Below are positions 28,162 through 37,297 of a stretch of 64,000 bases of DNA, piece by piece. The stretch is from Candidatus Woesebacteria bacterium. Its GTDB lineage: Bacteria > Patescibacteriota > Microgenomatia > UBA12405. Position numbers and translations under genes: made by a program. Below the pieces are notes generated by a model that ran no database searches, was not told the DNA's origin, and saw only the letters and a program-made list of their open reading frames with translations. The stretch is taken from contig DAONDY010000002.1 in NCBI GenBank assembly GCA_035402805.1, positions 229,111 to 293,110 on the forward strand, given 5' to 3'. The number at the start of each line of letters is the position of its first letter. Positions within the stretch are counted from its first letter, which is position 1.

Positions 28162-29472
28162 ATGAATACAGATGCTATCAGACTGCCCCCCAGCTCTGAA
28201 GAAGCTGAAGTTTGTGTACTAGGTTCGATTTTAATTGATAATGATGCAATTTTGGCAGTGTCGGAATTTTTAAGACCAGAACATTTTTATAATTCCAATT
28301 ATGGAAAGATTTATGAGGGGATGATGAAGCTTTATGAGGATAGAATGCCGATTGATATCGTGACGGTAGCAGAAAAATTAAAGGAACTTAATATCTTAAA
28401 AAAGATTGGAGGAAAAGGATTTTTGACTAGATTGGCTAGTGAAGTGCCAACTGCGGCTAATGTTGAAAGTTACGGACATATTATTAAGTCATTGTCGGCC
28501 AAGAGGGAGTTAATTTCGGCGGCGGGAAGAATTAGTGAAAAAGCTTTCGATCCGACATTACCAGCTGATCAACTTTTAGATATTGCCGAGCAAGAGGTTT
28601 TTTCCTTATCCCAAAAACATTTAAAATCGATTCCAACATCATTAAAAGAGGTTTTGACAGCTAGTTTCGATAGATTAGATGAACTGCAAAAAATGGGAAC
28701 AGGATTGAGGGGAGTGCCTAGTGGTTTTAAAGGTTTGGATAATATTTTGGCGGGAATGCAGGATAGTAACTTATTAATTTTGGCAGCTAGACCAGGGGTT
28801 GGTAAAACTGCTTTTGGTTTAAATATCGCCAGATATGTGGCAGTAGAACAAAAGATTCCGGTTTGTATGTTTTCTTTGGAAATGAGTAAAGAGGAATTAG
28901 TTGATCGTTTATTAGTCAGACAAGGTTTGATTGATGCCTGGAAATTAAAAACAGGGCAGTTGTCGGCAACTGATTTTGATGCATTATCGGAAGCTATGGG
29001 AGTTTTAGCTGAAGCACCGCTTTATATTGATGATACTCCGGGGCTAACAGTAACTGAGTTAAGGACTAAGGCAAGAAGATTGCAGGTGGATAAGGGAATT
29101 AAATTTATAATTGTCGATTATTTACAATTAATGCATGGATCAACTCGAGACAACAGAGTCCAAGAAGTTTCAGAAATTTCACAAGGGTTAAAAAATTTAG
29201 CTAGAGAATTAAAAGTACCAGTATTGGCATTGGCTCAGCTTTCTAGAGCCATGGAGGCGAGGGGAGGAAAACCAAGATTATCAGACTTAAGAGAATCGGG
29301 AAGTATCGAACAGGATGCAGATGTGGTTTTCTTTTTGTCGAGAGAGGACGAAGAAGTTAGAGAGTTGGTAACTTGTAGTGTGGAAAAGCATCGAAATGGT
29401 CCAACAGGAAGTTTTAATTTGTATTTTAATGGAAAACAGGTCAGCTTTTTTGATGTAGAAAAGAAACAATAA
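28162..29472 (+). CDS. dnaB: Replicative DNA helicase
   Basis: PPSSEEAE, AARPGVGKT, FSLEMS, VDYLQLM, QLSR, DLRESGSIEQDAD, KHRNGPTG; no intein. Confidence 0.98.
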   Translation: MNTDAIRLPPSSEEAEVCVLGSILIDNDAILAVSEFLRPEHFYNSNYGKIYEGMMKLYEDRMPIDIVTVAEKLKELNILKKIGGKGFLTRLASEVPTAANVESYGHIIKSLSAKRELISAAGRISEKAFDPTLPADQLLDIAEQEVFSLSQKHLKSIPTSLKEVLTASFDRLDELQKMGTGLRGVPSGFKGLDNILAGMQDSNLLILAARPGVGKTAFGLNIARYVAVEQKIPVCMFSLEMSKEELVDRLLVRQGLIDAWKLKTGQLSATDFDALSEAMGVLAEAPLYIDDTPGLTVTELRTKARRLQVDKGIKFIIVDYLQLMHGSTRDNRVQEVSEISQGLKNLARELKVPVLALAQLSRAMEARGGKPRLSDLRESGSIEQDADVVFFLSREDEEVRELVTCSVEKHRNGPTGSFNLYFNGKQVSFFDVEKKQ

Positions 29473-29476
29473 ACTG

Positions 29477-29559
29477 TGCCGAAGGAGGGACTTGAACCCC
29501 CATGACATTGCTGCCACACGCTCTTGAGGCGTGCGTGTCTACCATTCCACCACTTCGGC
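29477..29559 (-). tRNA. tRNA-Leu(CAA)
   Basis: GCCGAAG/CTTCGGC acceptor, CACGC-CTCAAGA-GCGTG anticodon arm, long variable arm; CCA not encoded. Confidence 0.95.
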
Positions 29560-29614
29560 TAAATTAATCTATATTATAACCTAATTAGTGGTTTTTTAAA
29601 TGTTAAAATAAAGT

Positions 29615-30280
29615 ATGAACTTAGGTATTTTTAGAATAGTGGGAATAATACTTTTTGCCTATTTAACTTGGAGAAATCTAAGAAATAGCTACGAAGAAGA
29701 TAAAATCGTAACCTATTCTTGGGTGGCTTTATTAGCGTTTTTTATTGGAGGAAGAATTACCTATGGTTTGGTTAATTTTGGTGTTTGGAACGATAGCTGG
29801 TTAAGTTGGTTGTCGGTCTGGGATAAACCAGGAATGGATTATGTTGGTGGTTTTTTATCCTTGATATTAGTTAACTTTATTTTTTCTAAAGTAAATAGTT
29901 GGAAATTTATACCGTTTTGTGAGGATGGTTTAATTAATTCGTTGTTTTTATTTCTATTTTTATTGGTGGATGAATTTCTTAGAAGCCGGTTTGATTTGAA
30001 AGTGGGTATTTATTTACTATTTATAATTTTGATGGTTTTTTTGGTAAATTTGGCTAAAAGAAAATATCGATCTTTGGTTTGGTATAAAAGTGGTAAGAAG
30101 GGTTTTGCTTTTTTGGCAACTGGATTTATCGGGTTTTTAATATTGGGATTTTTGGGACTTTATTTAAAAGTTAATTTGATTTATTTAATTTTATATTGGG
30201 TTATTAGTTTGATTTCTGCGGTGGGATTGTGTATTTTAGGTGAAGTATTTAATTTTTTATTAATTAATAAGAGGAGATAA
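29615..30280 (+). CDS. Lgt-like multi-pass membrane protein (degenerate)
   Basis: IGGRITY and GMDYVGG resemble Lgt GARxxY and GMSxHGG; upstream of dksA-lspA-rluD. Confidence 0.55.
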   Translation: MNLGIFRIVGIILFAYLTWRNLRNSYEEDKIVTYSWVALLAFFIGGRITYGLVNFGVWNDSWLSWLSVWDKPGMDYVGGFLSLILVNFIFSKVNSWKFIPFCEDGLINSLFLFLFLLVDEFLRSRFDLKVGIYLLFIILMVFLVNLAKRKYRSLVWYKSGKKGFAFLATGFIGFLILGFLGLYLKVNLIYLILYWVISLISAVGLCILGEVFNFLLINKRR

Positions 30281-30281
30281 T

Positions 30282-30665
30282 ATGATAAAAGAAAAAAAGA
30301 GGACGAATTTAAGTTTTCCCAGCCGATTATTATCGCCAATCAGAGTTTTTTTAGAGAAGAGATTGGTTTCTCTTAAAAAAGGGAAGAAACAATTAAAAAA
30401 GAATGATCCGTTTTTTGCCGAAAATAGGGCTAATGAAAATGCCTTTGAGGATGATTTAGACGAGCAAATTGGTCATTTTGATAATGAAATTAAAACTAAA
30501 TTTTTAAGTAGAGAAATTGTTCAGCTCAGAAAGGCTTTAACAAGAATGAAAATTGGTAAATATGGTATTTGTGAGAAGTGTGGAAAGATGATTGACACTG
30601 ACAGATTGGCGGTCCATCCAGAAGCAACTTTGTGTATTAAGTGCAGCAAAAAAAGAGAAGAATAA
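30282..30665 (+). CDS. dksA: TraR/DksA C4 zinc-finger protein
   Basis: ALTRM..GKYGICEKCG..I...RL...PEATLCIKC. Confidence 0.88.
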   Translation: MIKEKKRTNLSFPSRLLSPIRVFLEKRLVSLKKGKKQLKKNDPFFAENRANENAFEDDLDEQIGHFDNEIKTKFLSREIVQLRKALTRMKIGKYGICEKCGKMIDTDRLAVHPEATLCIKCSKKREE

Positions 30666-30962
30666 TTGATATTTATGGTCAAAAATTATGGTATAAGTTT
30701 TGGTATAAATGGGTTATTTTTTATTGTATTGAGTATAATTTTTATTCTATTTTTTCTCTATTTAAGTATTAAAAAAGGAGGAGGGTATTGGTTAATTTTT
30801 ATAGGTGGATTAGCTAATTTAATTGAGAGAATAATTTTAGGTTATGTCAGAGATTATTGGAATTTTTTAGGATTAGGACTTTACAATAATATTAATGATT
30901 GGATAATTGGAATAGGAGTTTTATTTTGTTTAAAAGATTTGCTATGGAAGAAATCAAAATAG
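30666..30962 (+). CDS. lspA: Minimal signal peptidase II
   Basis: NYGISFG, GG.ANLIER, G.VRDY, NINDW carry both catalytic Asp motifs; N-terminal part absent. Confidence 0.75.
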   Translation: MIFMVKNYGISFGINGLFFIVLSIIFILFFLYLSIKKGGGYWLIFIGGLANLIERIILGYVRDYWNFLGLGLYNNINDWIIGIGVLFCLKDLLWKKSK

Positions 30963-31618
30963 TTTTTGAAGATAAGGATTTAATGGTGGTGGAAAAACCG
31001 CCATTAATGACAACAACTAAGGAAAAAAAAGGAGAAAATGGGACGTTAGAAGATTGTCTTAAAAAAAATAGACCAAATAATTTACCGAGAAATGGGATTC
31101 TTCATAGATTGGATAAGGGGACTTCTGGATTGATAATGGTGGCAAAAACAGAAGAAGCATTTTTGGGTCTTAAAAAACAATTTAAAGAGAGATCTCTGAC
31201 AAAAAAGTACTATTGTTTAGTTGGAGGAGAAACTCCTTTTGAAGGAGAAATAGATATGCCGATCGCCAGATCAAAATATTCTTTTTCAAAGTTTGGAGTG
31301 AATGAAGAGGGTAAACGAGCGTTAACTAAATTTACCTTGGTTAGAAAATATAGAAGTGGTGAAAAAATTTACAGCTTATTGGATATTGATTTAAAGACCG
31401 GTAGAACTCATCAAATTAGAGTTCATTTAAGTTATTTAAGATGGCCATTGGTAGGGGATAAAACTTATGGTGGAGAAGAAATAAATGGTTTGAAAAGGCC
31501 ATTTTTACATGCTTATAAAATAATTTTTAAACATCCAGTTAATAAGGGGGATGTGGAAATAAAAATAGATTTACCTAAAGATCTAACTGAGGTTTTAAAT
31601 AAATATGAAAAATTTTAA
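30944..31618 (+). CDS. rluD: RluA/RluD-family pseudouridine synthase (no S4 domain)
   Basis: VVEKP, HRLDKGTSG, TGRTHQIRVH, GDKTYG, LHA. Confidence 0.92.
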   Translation: MEEIKIVFEDKDLMVVEKPPLMTTTKEKKGENGTLEDCLKKNRPNNLPRNGILHRLDKGTSGLIMVAKTEEAFLGLKKQFKERSLTKKYYCLVGGETPFEGEIDMPIARSKYSFSKFGVNEEGKRALTKFTLVRKYRSGEKIYSLLDIDLKTGRTHQIRVHLSYLRWPLVGDKTYGGEEINGLKRPFLHAYKIIFKHPVNKGDVEIKIDLPKDLTEVLNKYEKF

Positions 31619-32420
31619 GATAAAAAGAAAAATTAATCTGAAATTGATATTAGGAATAATTTTGTTGTTATTTTTGGCAATTTTAATGTCGATTAACTTC
31701 TTAAGAAGAGAAAATAATGACAAGAATTTAGACTATAAATTGGGGATAATTGCAAATGACGGAATTACTTTAGTGTCAATTTCTACCGAAAGAAAAATGA
31801 TTAATGTTTTAAATTTAGGCGATGAAGCTTCTGCTCAATTTAAAAATGTCTTGGAAAAAGAAGAGGATAAAAAAATAACCAACCATATTTTTTGGTATAA
31901 CTTTGGATTTTTTCCAGATAAAATTTTAAACCTAGATTCGGTTAATAGCTGGAAAAATAATGATGTTTTAATTAAAAATTTAGGGTTTTTAAATTGGATA
32001 AAATATAAAAAAAATTATGGAAAGATGCTTTTAAAGCAAGAAAAGATAAATGGGTTATTGAAAGATAACGGATTGGTTCTAGATGAGATTTTAGTTCGAG
32101 ATTTTTCGGAAAGTAAATTAAATAATGAAGAATTAAGATTATCCGTTTTTAATAATACTGATGAAAGTGGTTTGGCTAGTTTTATGGCAAAAAGATTAGA
32201 ATGGTCGGGTTTTTCAGTGGTTTCGACTGATAATGACCTTAGAGAAATTGACAACTGTTTGGTTATTTATGGAAAGATGGTTGATAAAAGTTATGGCTGG
32301 AAAATGATAAATAAGATTTTTGATTGTGAGCAAAGATTTGATGAGAGTTTGAATGAAAATGAACTAGAAATATATTTTGGCGATAATTTAGCTTCGATGA
32401 TAAAATACTCTAATTATTAA
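31605..32420 (+). CDS. Membrane protein with LytR C-terminal domain
   Basis: N-terminal TM; VFNNT..SGLA...A..LE..GF.VV...; EIYFG. Confidence 0.7.
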   Translation: MKNFKIKRKINLKLILGIILLLFLAILMSINFLRRENNDKNLDYKLGIIANDGITLVSISTERKMINVLNLGDEASAQFKNVLEKEEDKKITNHIFWYNFGFFPDKILNLDSVNSWKNNDVLIKNLGFLNWIKYKKNYGKMLLKQEKINGLLKDNGLVLDEILVRDFSESKLNNEELRLSVFNNTDESGLASFMAKRLEWSGFSVVSTDNDLREIDNCLVIYGKMVDKSYGWKMINKIFDCEQRFDESLNENELEIYFGDNLASMIKYSNY

Positions 32421-32433
32421 ATGAAGACAAATT

Positions 32434-33120
32434 ATGTCAGGTCATTCCAAATGGGCAAATATCAAAAATAGAAAAGGAGCCCAGGACAAAAAAAGAAGTG
32501 AAACTTTTACTAAAGTGTCAAGAGATATATTGACGGCACTTAGGACTGGAACTGGTCTAAAATCGGCAATTGATAAGGCAAGAGAGGCTAATATGCCCAA
32601 TGAAAATGTTGATAGATTAATTGCCAAGTTTGAAGAGAGAAAAGCAAATTTGACAGCGGTGACAATGGAAGGTTATGGACCTTTTGGAGTGCCGATGGTG
32701 ATTGAATTGGAAACAGATAATAAAAATAGAATTTTGGGAGAAATTAAATTGATTTTTAGAAATTATAGTGGAAATTTAGGTGAAAATAACTCTGTTATGT
32801 TTCAGTTTAAGAGGGTAGGGGAAATAGAGTTAAAAGAAGAGTTAACGGAGGAAATGGAGCTTAATTTAATTGATGCAGGAGCGATTGATTTTGAAGAAAA
32901 TGTTATTTTAAGCGAAGTAGCAGATTTAAATAATTTGGTTAAAAAAGTTGAAGAAATGGGTTTAGAAATCGAAAGGTCTGGCTTATCAATGAGATCAATT
33001 AACCCAATTATGCTTAATTCTGAGGAAGAAGTGGCTAAAATTATGGACATGATTGAAGAATTGGAAGATAATGATGACGTAGTAAATGTTTTTGCCGGAT
33101 TTGATTATAAGAAGGTATAA
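32434..33120 (+). CDS. yebC: YebC/PmpR family protein
   Basis: MSGHSKWANIK, EGYGPFG, TDNKNR, LEDNDDV. Confidence 0.96.
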   Translation: MSGHSKWANIKNRKGAQDKKRSETFTKVSRDILTALRTGTGLKSAIDKAREANMPNENVDRLIAKFEERKANLTAVTMEGYGPFGVPMVIELETDNKNRILGEIKLIFRNYSGNLGENNSVMFQFKRVGEIELKEELTEEMELNLIDAGAIDFEENVILSEVADLNNLVKKVEEMGLEIERSGLSMRSINPIMLNSEEEVAKIMDMIEELEDNDDVVNVFAGFDYKKV

Positions 33121-33128
33121 TTTAATTA

Positions 33129-33911
33129 ATGTCAAAAAGACTCAAATATTTTATTTCATCATTATTAGCTAGTGTTGGTTTTTATTTCTTTTTAGCCTTA
33201 CCATATGAATCCCATTATTACGGTTTATTGATAGGGATAGTATTGATAATTTTCTGTTTTTGGTTTGGATTGGGGATTGTTTTTGATAAAAGTATTTTTA
33301 TCAGATTAATCTCAATTGTGTTGCCGGTGGGTTTTTTTGTAGGTTTTGCCTTGTTTGTGACGTTATTACCACAGACTTTATTTTTAAGTTTAATTTATAG
33401 CTTATTTTTCGGCATAATACTTTATGTCATGTTTTTAGTAGAAAATGTTTTTTTGGTGGCAATTGGATTTAGAACTCCGCCCTTATATAGGGCAGCCTAT
33501 ACAGTTGGTTTAATTTTATTATTATTAACTTCTTTCTTTTTATTTGACAGCCTTTTTTCTTTCAAATTTATTTATTGGTTAAATGTTTTGCTGGTTTTAG
33601 TGATTTCAATGGTGATTTTTATATATGTATTTTTTAGTGTAACAATAGAACTGCCGGATGATGGAAAGGATAAAAATATTTGGTATTACATAATAACTCC
33701 GTCGCTTTTGATGTCAGAAGTGGCTTTGGTTTTAAGTTTTTGGCCAGTTGGAATTTTTAAAGGGTCTATTTATTTGGTAATGATGGTTTATATATTTAGT
33801 GGTTTGATGCATGCTGAATTGAGAGACAGATTGTTTAAAAAAACTTGGTTAATTTTTGTTTGGGTGGGAGTGGCGACAATTTTAGGAATTATTTTGACTG
33901 GATTGACGTAA
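33129..33911 (+). CDS. Multi-pass membrane protein of unknown function
   Basis: About 9 TM helices; ENVF...RTPPLYRAA, E...V.SFWP. Confidence 0.7.
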   Translation: MSKRLKYFISSLLASVGFYFFLALPYESHYYGLLIGIVLIIFCFWFGLGIVFDKSIFIRLISIVLPVGFFVGFALFVTLLPQTLFLSLIYSLFFGIILYVMFLVENVFLVAIGFRTPPLYRAAYTVGLILLLLTSFFLFDSLFSFKFIYWLNVLLVLVISMVIFIYVFFSVTIELPDDGKDKNIWYYIITPSLLMSEVALVLSFWPVGIFKGSIYLVMMVYIFSGLMHAELRDRLFKKTWLIFVWVGVATILGIILTGLT

Positions 33912-34812
33912 TAGCAACGGTAGTAATAATGTCTTGAACATTACAACCTCTAGAGAGATCATTTATGGGTTTTTTAATGCCTTGTGTAAGAGGGCCGCAG
34001 GCGTTAATACCAGCAATTCTTTCGACTAATTTATAGGCAATATTGCCAGAGTCTAAATTAGGAAAAATTAAGATATTAGCTTGACCGCCAATACAATTTC
34101 CGGGGAATTTAAGGTCACAAACGCGAGGAACTAAAGCAGAATCAGATTGTAATTCACCTTCGATGATTAAATCAGGGTTTATTTGTTTGGCAATGAGGGT
34201 AGCTTGTTTAACCTTATCGACGGATTCTCCTTTGCCGCTACCGTTAGTAGAATAGGAAAGCATGGCGATTCTGGGAATCTTTTGAGTTAGGTCTTTAAAT
34301 GAGTTGGCGGTTTGAATGGCAATTTCGGCAAGTTCTTCGGCATTTGGATTAACATTTATTCCACAATCAGCGAAAAATAATAGCCCATTTTCACCTAAAT
34401 TTTGATTATTAGTTTCAATAACAAAAAAACTAGAAATTAATTTTGAATTTTTGGCAGTTTTAATAATTTGAAGAGCGGGAAGAACTGTTTGCAGGGTAGT
34501 GTGGTTAGCACCAGCCACCATACCATCGGCCAGGCCAGAATGAACCATCATGGTGCCAAAATATAGAGGATCTTTAGATAAAATTTTAGCTTGATCTAAA
34601 GTTAATCCTTTTTCTTTTCGGAGTTCAAAAAGGGTTTGGGTGAATTGATCTTGATATTGGGAATAGGGAAGATTAGTGATAATATCGGCAATTTTTTGAT
34701 CTCGGATAATTTTAGCGGCTTCGATAATTCGATCATCGTCTATTTCTGGTAAAACAATTTTTTTATATTTTTGTTTAGCTTGTTGATAGATATTTTCAAT
34801 AATCGGATTCAT
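33889..34812 (-). CDS. pta: Phosphate acetyltransferase
   Basis: IVLPE, ADGMVAGA, FADCGIN, AMLSYST, GELQSDSA, FPNLDSGNIAYK, DLSRGC. Confidence 0.95.
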   Translation of the reverse strand: MNPIIENIYQQAKQKYKKIVLPEIDDDRIIEAAKIIRDQKIADIITNLPYSQYQDQFTQTLFELRKEKGLTLDQAKILSKDPLYFGTMMVHSGLADGMVAGANHTTLQTVLPALQIIKTAKNSKLISSFFVIETNNQNLGENGLLFFADCGINVNPNAEELAEIAIQTANSFKDLTQKIPRIAMLSYSTNGSGKGESVDKVKQATLIAKQINPDLIIEGELQSDSALVPRVCDLKFPGNCIGGQANILIFPNLDSGNIAYKLVERIAGINACGPLTQGIKKPINDLSRGCNVQDIITTVAITSIQSK

Positions 34813-34862
34813 GTAGATAGTATATCTTAATTTAATTAAATTAGGTTTATGTTGTAATTTAT

Positions 34863-34874
34863 CCTAAAAATAGG
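34863..34874. promoter_or_regulatory. CCTA-N4-TAGG palindromic box
   Basis: CCTAAAAATAGG with AT-rich symmetric flanks; related boxes at 35552, 37096, 37176, 41943, 41978, 52216. Confidence 0.5.
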
Positions 34875-35304
34875 CAATATTTAATTAGAGAAGGGGAAGA
34901 CAGGGGAATATTTTAGTTTCATATATGGGTCTTTAAATATATGTAAAAATAAAAATACAGCTAAGGTTTAAAGGTTAAATCAACTGAATATTTTGAAGCT
35001 AAGTTAGGTTCAAAAAAAAGATGAAGGAACAGGGTGGAGGGGAGTCCTATAATATGTAAAAGATCCTATAATATTTTCACGAATTATCCTATAGTTTTCA
35101 CGGAGCAGGTGATACAGTATGATATAGTCCCTGTGGAAAACTTATTTTTAGCCGAGTGTATCAAAATGAACCTGACGAGAGGGAGGAGGAAGGATTAATT
35201 AGAAGTTAATTAATAGTTTAGTAATTAATAATTAGATAAAAATACACAGAGGGAGGATAGTAGTTTTAATTCCTATCTCCTAGCAGAAGGAGGTTAAATA
35301 TGCT

Positions 35305-35332
35305 ATGTCGCACAATGTATCTTTTGCGACTC
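35305..35332. other. dif-like chromosome dimer resolution site
   Basis: ATGTCGCACAA-TGTATC-TTTTGCGACTC: 11-6-11 layout like E. coli dif (GGTGCGCATAA-TGTATA-TTATGTTAAAT); ~360 bp from a xer gene; gene orientation converges here. Confidence 0.75.
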
Positions 35333-35551
35333 TATTAAAAGATTTAACCAGGGGGAGTACTGTTTTAGTAAATTAATTTTTGGTTTTAAATTTCCAATTT
35401 TTAGTCTCTGTTTTTATTTGATTATTTTTATTTATTAATTTAATTAAATTCCCCATTTAGCCTTCCGGCTTGGATTTTGGATTTATTAAGAAGAAATTTT
35501 AAAATTTGACTCCCCTATACCTTTTTAAGGCGGGAGACTTTGGGTATTGTG

Positions 35552-35563
35552 CCTAAAGATAGG
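35552..35563. promoter_or_regulatory. CCTA-N4-TAGG palindromic box
   Basis: CCTAAAGATAGG, identical core to 52216-52227. Confidence 0.5.
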
Positions 35564-35693
35564 CAAAATGAACCTAAAACACTACCAGAGCCCCTAGAAA
35601 TGAAGATCTAAAAAATACCGGATACTTTTACCTCTTATTTATTAAATTGTTTGTAAGGTCTTGGCAAAACTGTCCATCATGGTAAGATTGTTT

Positions 35694-36638
35694 ATGGAAA
35701 ATGATTTAGATATTTTGATTAGACGATTTCTAGAACATTTGGAAATTGAAAAGAACTGTTCAAGGTTAACAATTAGAAACTATCAACATTATTTAGAAGT
35801 TTTGGTTCATTTTTTATCAGAAGAGAATAAGGAAAAAAGATTAACAGTGAACTGCATAACTTCAGACGTAGTGAGAAGGTTCAGGTTGTTTTTAGCTAGA
35901 CAGAAGGGAAGTATTGGAGAAATGAAATTGGTGACGCAGGGTTATTATGTTATTGCTTTAAGGTCATTTTTAAAATGGTTAATAAAAAACGACTATAAAG
36001 TGTTGCAGCCGGAAAAATTAGATGTTCCCAAAGTTAAGGATCATTCTTTAAAGTTTTTAGACGGGGATCAGATGAACAGGCTTTTAGTGCAACCTCTCCC
36101 CTCCTCAAAAAATGGTTTTAGAGACAGAGCAATTTTAGAGCTTTTATTTTCAACTGGATTACGTGTTTCGGAGTTAGTTCATCTTAATCGAGATCAAATT
36201 AATTTAAAAACGAGAGAATTTGGAGTGATCGGTAAAGGTGGTCGAGCGAGAGTGGTTTTCATCTCAAAACAAGCGGCTGATCATGTCGCAAAATATTTAA
36301 TGAGCCGAGAAGATAAGTATAAGCCCCTATTTATAAGAATTTTAAGAACAAATGAAATTCCAGTTAGCGATGAAGCTGTAAGATTAACAGCCAGGTCAGT
36401 GCAAAGGTTGGTAAAGCATTATGTAAAGTTGGCCAATTTGCCAGTGGAGGCAACACCTCATACTTTAAGACATTCAATGGCTACTGACATGTTAAGGTCA
36501 GGTGCCGATCTTAGGTCGATTCAGGAAATTTTGGGTCATAAAAACATTGCTACGACGCAGATTTATACCCACGTAACCAATGCAGGATTACGCGAGGTTC
36601 ACGAAAAATTTCATAGCGGCAATCAACCTAAAAAATAA
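35694..36638 (+). CDS. xerC: XerC/XerD-family tyrosine recombinase
   Basis: RDRAILELLFSTGLRVSE, GKGG, TPHTLRHS, LGH, TTQIY (R-K-H-R-H-Y); start re-assigned to ATG 35694. Confidence 0.92.
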   Translation: MENDLDILIRRFLEHLEIEKNCSRLTIRNYQHYLEVLVHFLSEENKEKRLTVNCITSDVVRRFRLFLARQKGSIGEMKLVTQGYYVIALRSFLKWLIKNDYKVLQPEKLDVPKVKDHSLKFLDGDQMNRLLVQPLPSSKNGFRDRAILELLFSTGLRVSELVHLNRDQINLKTREFGVIGKGGRARVVFISKQAADHVAKYLMSREDKYKPLFIRILRTNEIPVSDEAVRLTARSVQRLVKHYVKLANLPVEATPHTLRHSMATDMLRSGADLRSIQEILGHKNIATTQIYTHVTNAGLREVHEKFHSGNQPKK

Positions 36639-36647
36639 ATTTTGTCT

Positions 36648-36679
36648 ATGTAGAGACGCGATTAATCGCGTCTCTACAT
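36648..36679. repeat. GTAG-type REP-like perfect palindrome
   Basis: ATGTAGAGACGCGATT|AATCGCGTCTCTACAT, 32 bp. Confidence 0.85.
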
Positions 36680-36696
36680 GTTTGTTATAATCGGTT

Positions 36697-37017
36697 ATGT
36701 ATAAAATGTTTGTGTTTTGTCCAGATGACGAGAAAATTATTTTTGACATTATTGAAGCGGTGGCTGGAGTTGGCGCTGGAATAATGGGAAATTATACACA
36801 CACATGTTTTTATACAAAAGGAATTGGAAATTGGAAATCAGAAGAAGGATCAAATCCAACAATTGGAAAAGTTGGAGAATTTTCTCATGAATCCGAAGTT
36901 AGAATTGAAATGATTTGTCCTGAAGAAAAAGCTAAGGCAATAAAAGAAGCTATTAAAATAATTCATCCATACGAGGAACCGGAAATTGATTTTGTAAAAT
37001 TGGTTGATGTCGAATAA
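36697..37017 (+). CDS. YqfO/NIF3-related PII-like small protein
   Basis: GAG.MGNYTHTCF, G.NPTIGKVG, EVRIE, HPYEEP. Confidence 0.85.
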   Translation: MYKMFVFCPDDEKIIFDIIEAVAGVGAGIMGNYTHTCFYTKGIGNWKSEEGSNPTIGKVGEFSHESEVRIEMICPEEKAKAIKEAIKIIHPYEEPEIDFVKLVDVE

Positions 37018-37046
37018 TTTTAATATCAATCCCCTTTTGTTTTTAT

Positions 37047-37080
37047 AATGTAGAGACGCCCCGCGGGGCGTCTCTACATT
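37047..37080. repeat. GTAG-type REP-like perfect palindrome
   Basis: AATGTAGAGACGCCCCG|CGGGGCGTCTCTACATT, 34 bp. Confidence 0.85.
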
Positions 37081-37175
37081 TAATTCTATAATACCCTATA
37101 TTTTCGGTAAATTACTCAAAATCCCCTTTTTGGTCTGTTTTTACCAGATTTGGTTTAGACCATCTAAAATTTATC

Positions 37176-37237
37176 CCTAAATTACGGTAAAATTGAAAAA
37201 TGCTAGTATATTAGCAATCATTAATCTAGTCTGCTAA
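37176..37237 (-). promoter_or_regulatory. Composite element 1: CIRCE-like palindrome + -10 + CC-N8-GG box
   Basis: TTAGCAATC-N9-GTCTGCTAA (37211-37237), minus-strand TATACT (37205-37210), CCTAAATTACGG (37176-37187). Confidence 0.55.
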
Positions 37238-37297
37238 CTGATACCTACTTAATGTGTATGTCCTATAATAGCTTTAAAAATCAGCTGAGAACAAATC

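Noticed and set aside
35073-35106. Two TTTTCACG repeats as parS
   Set aside because: Only half-site similarity to TGTTTCACGTGAAACA; no palindromic partner
34880-35650. tmRNA, RNase P or SRP RNA in the large gap (GGGGAGT...ACTCCCC inverted repeat at ~35352-35515)
   Set aside because: No tRNA-like T-arm/CCA end, no GAGGAAAGTCC RNase P motif, interior is low-complexity AT; cannot be supported
34813-35693. Large intergenic region as oriC
   Set aside because: Only one DnaA-box-like match (TGTGGAAAA near 35132), no dnaA/dnaN, and genes converge rather than diverge; dif-like site fits a terminus better
35694-37080. Tyrosine recombinase as integron or prophage integrase, palindromes as attC
   Set aside because: No IntI-specific insertion, no phage genes, palindromes are perfect and lack RYYYAAC/GTTRRRY ends
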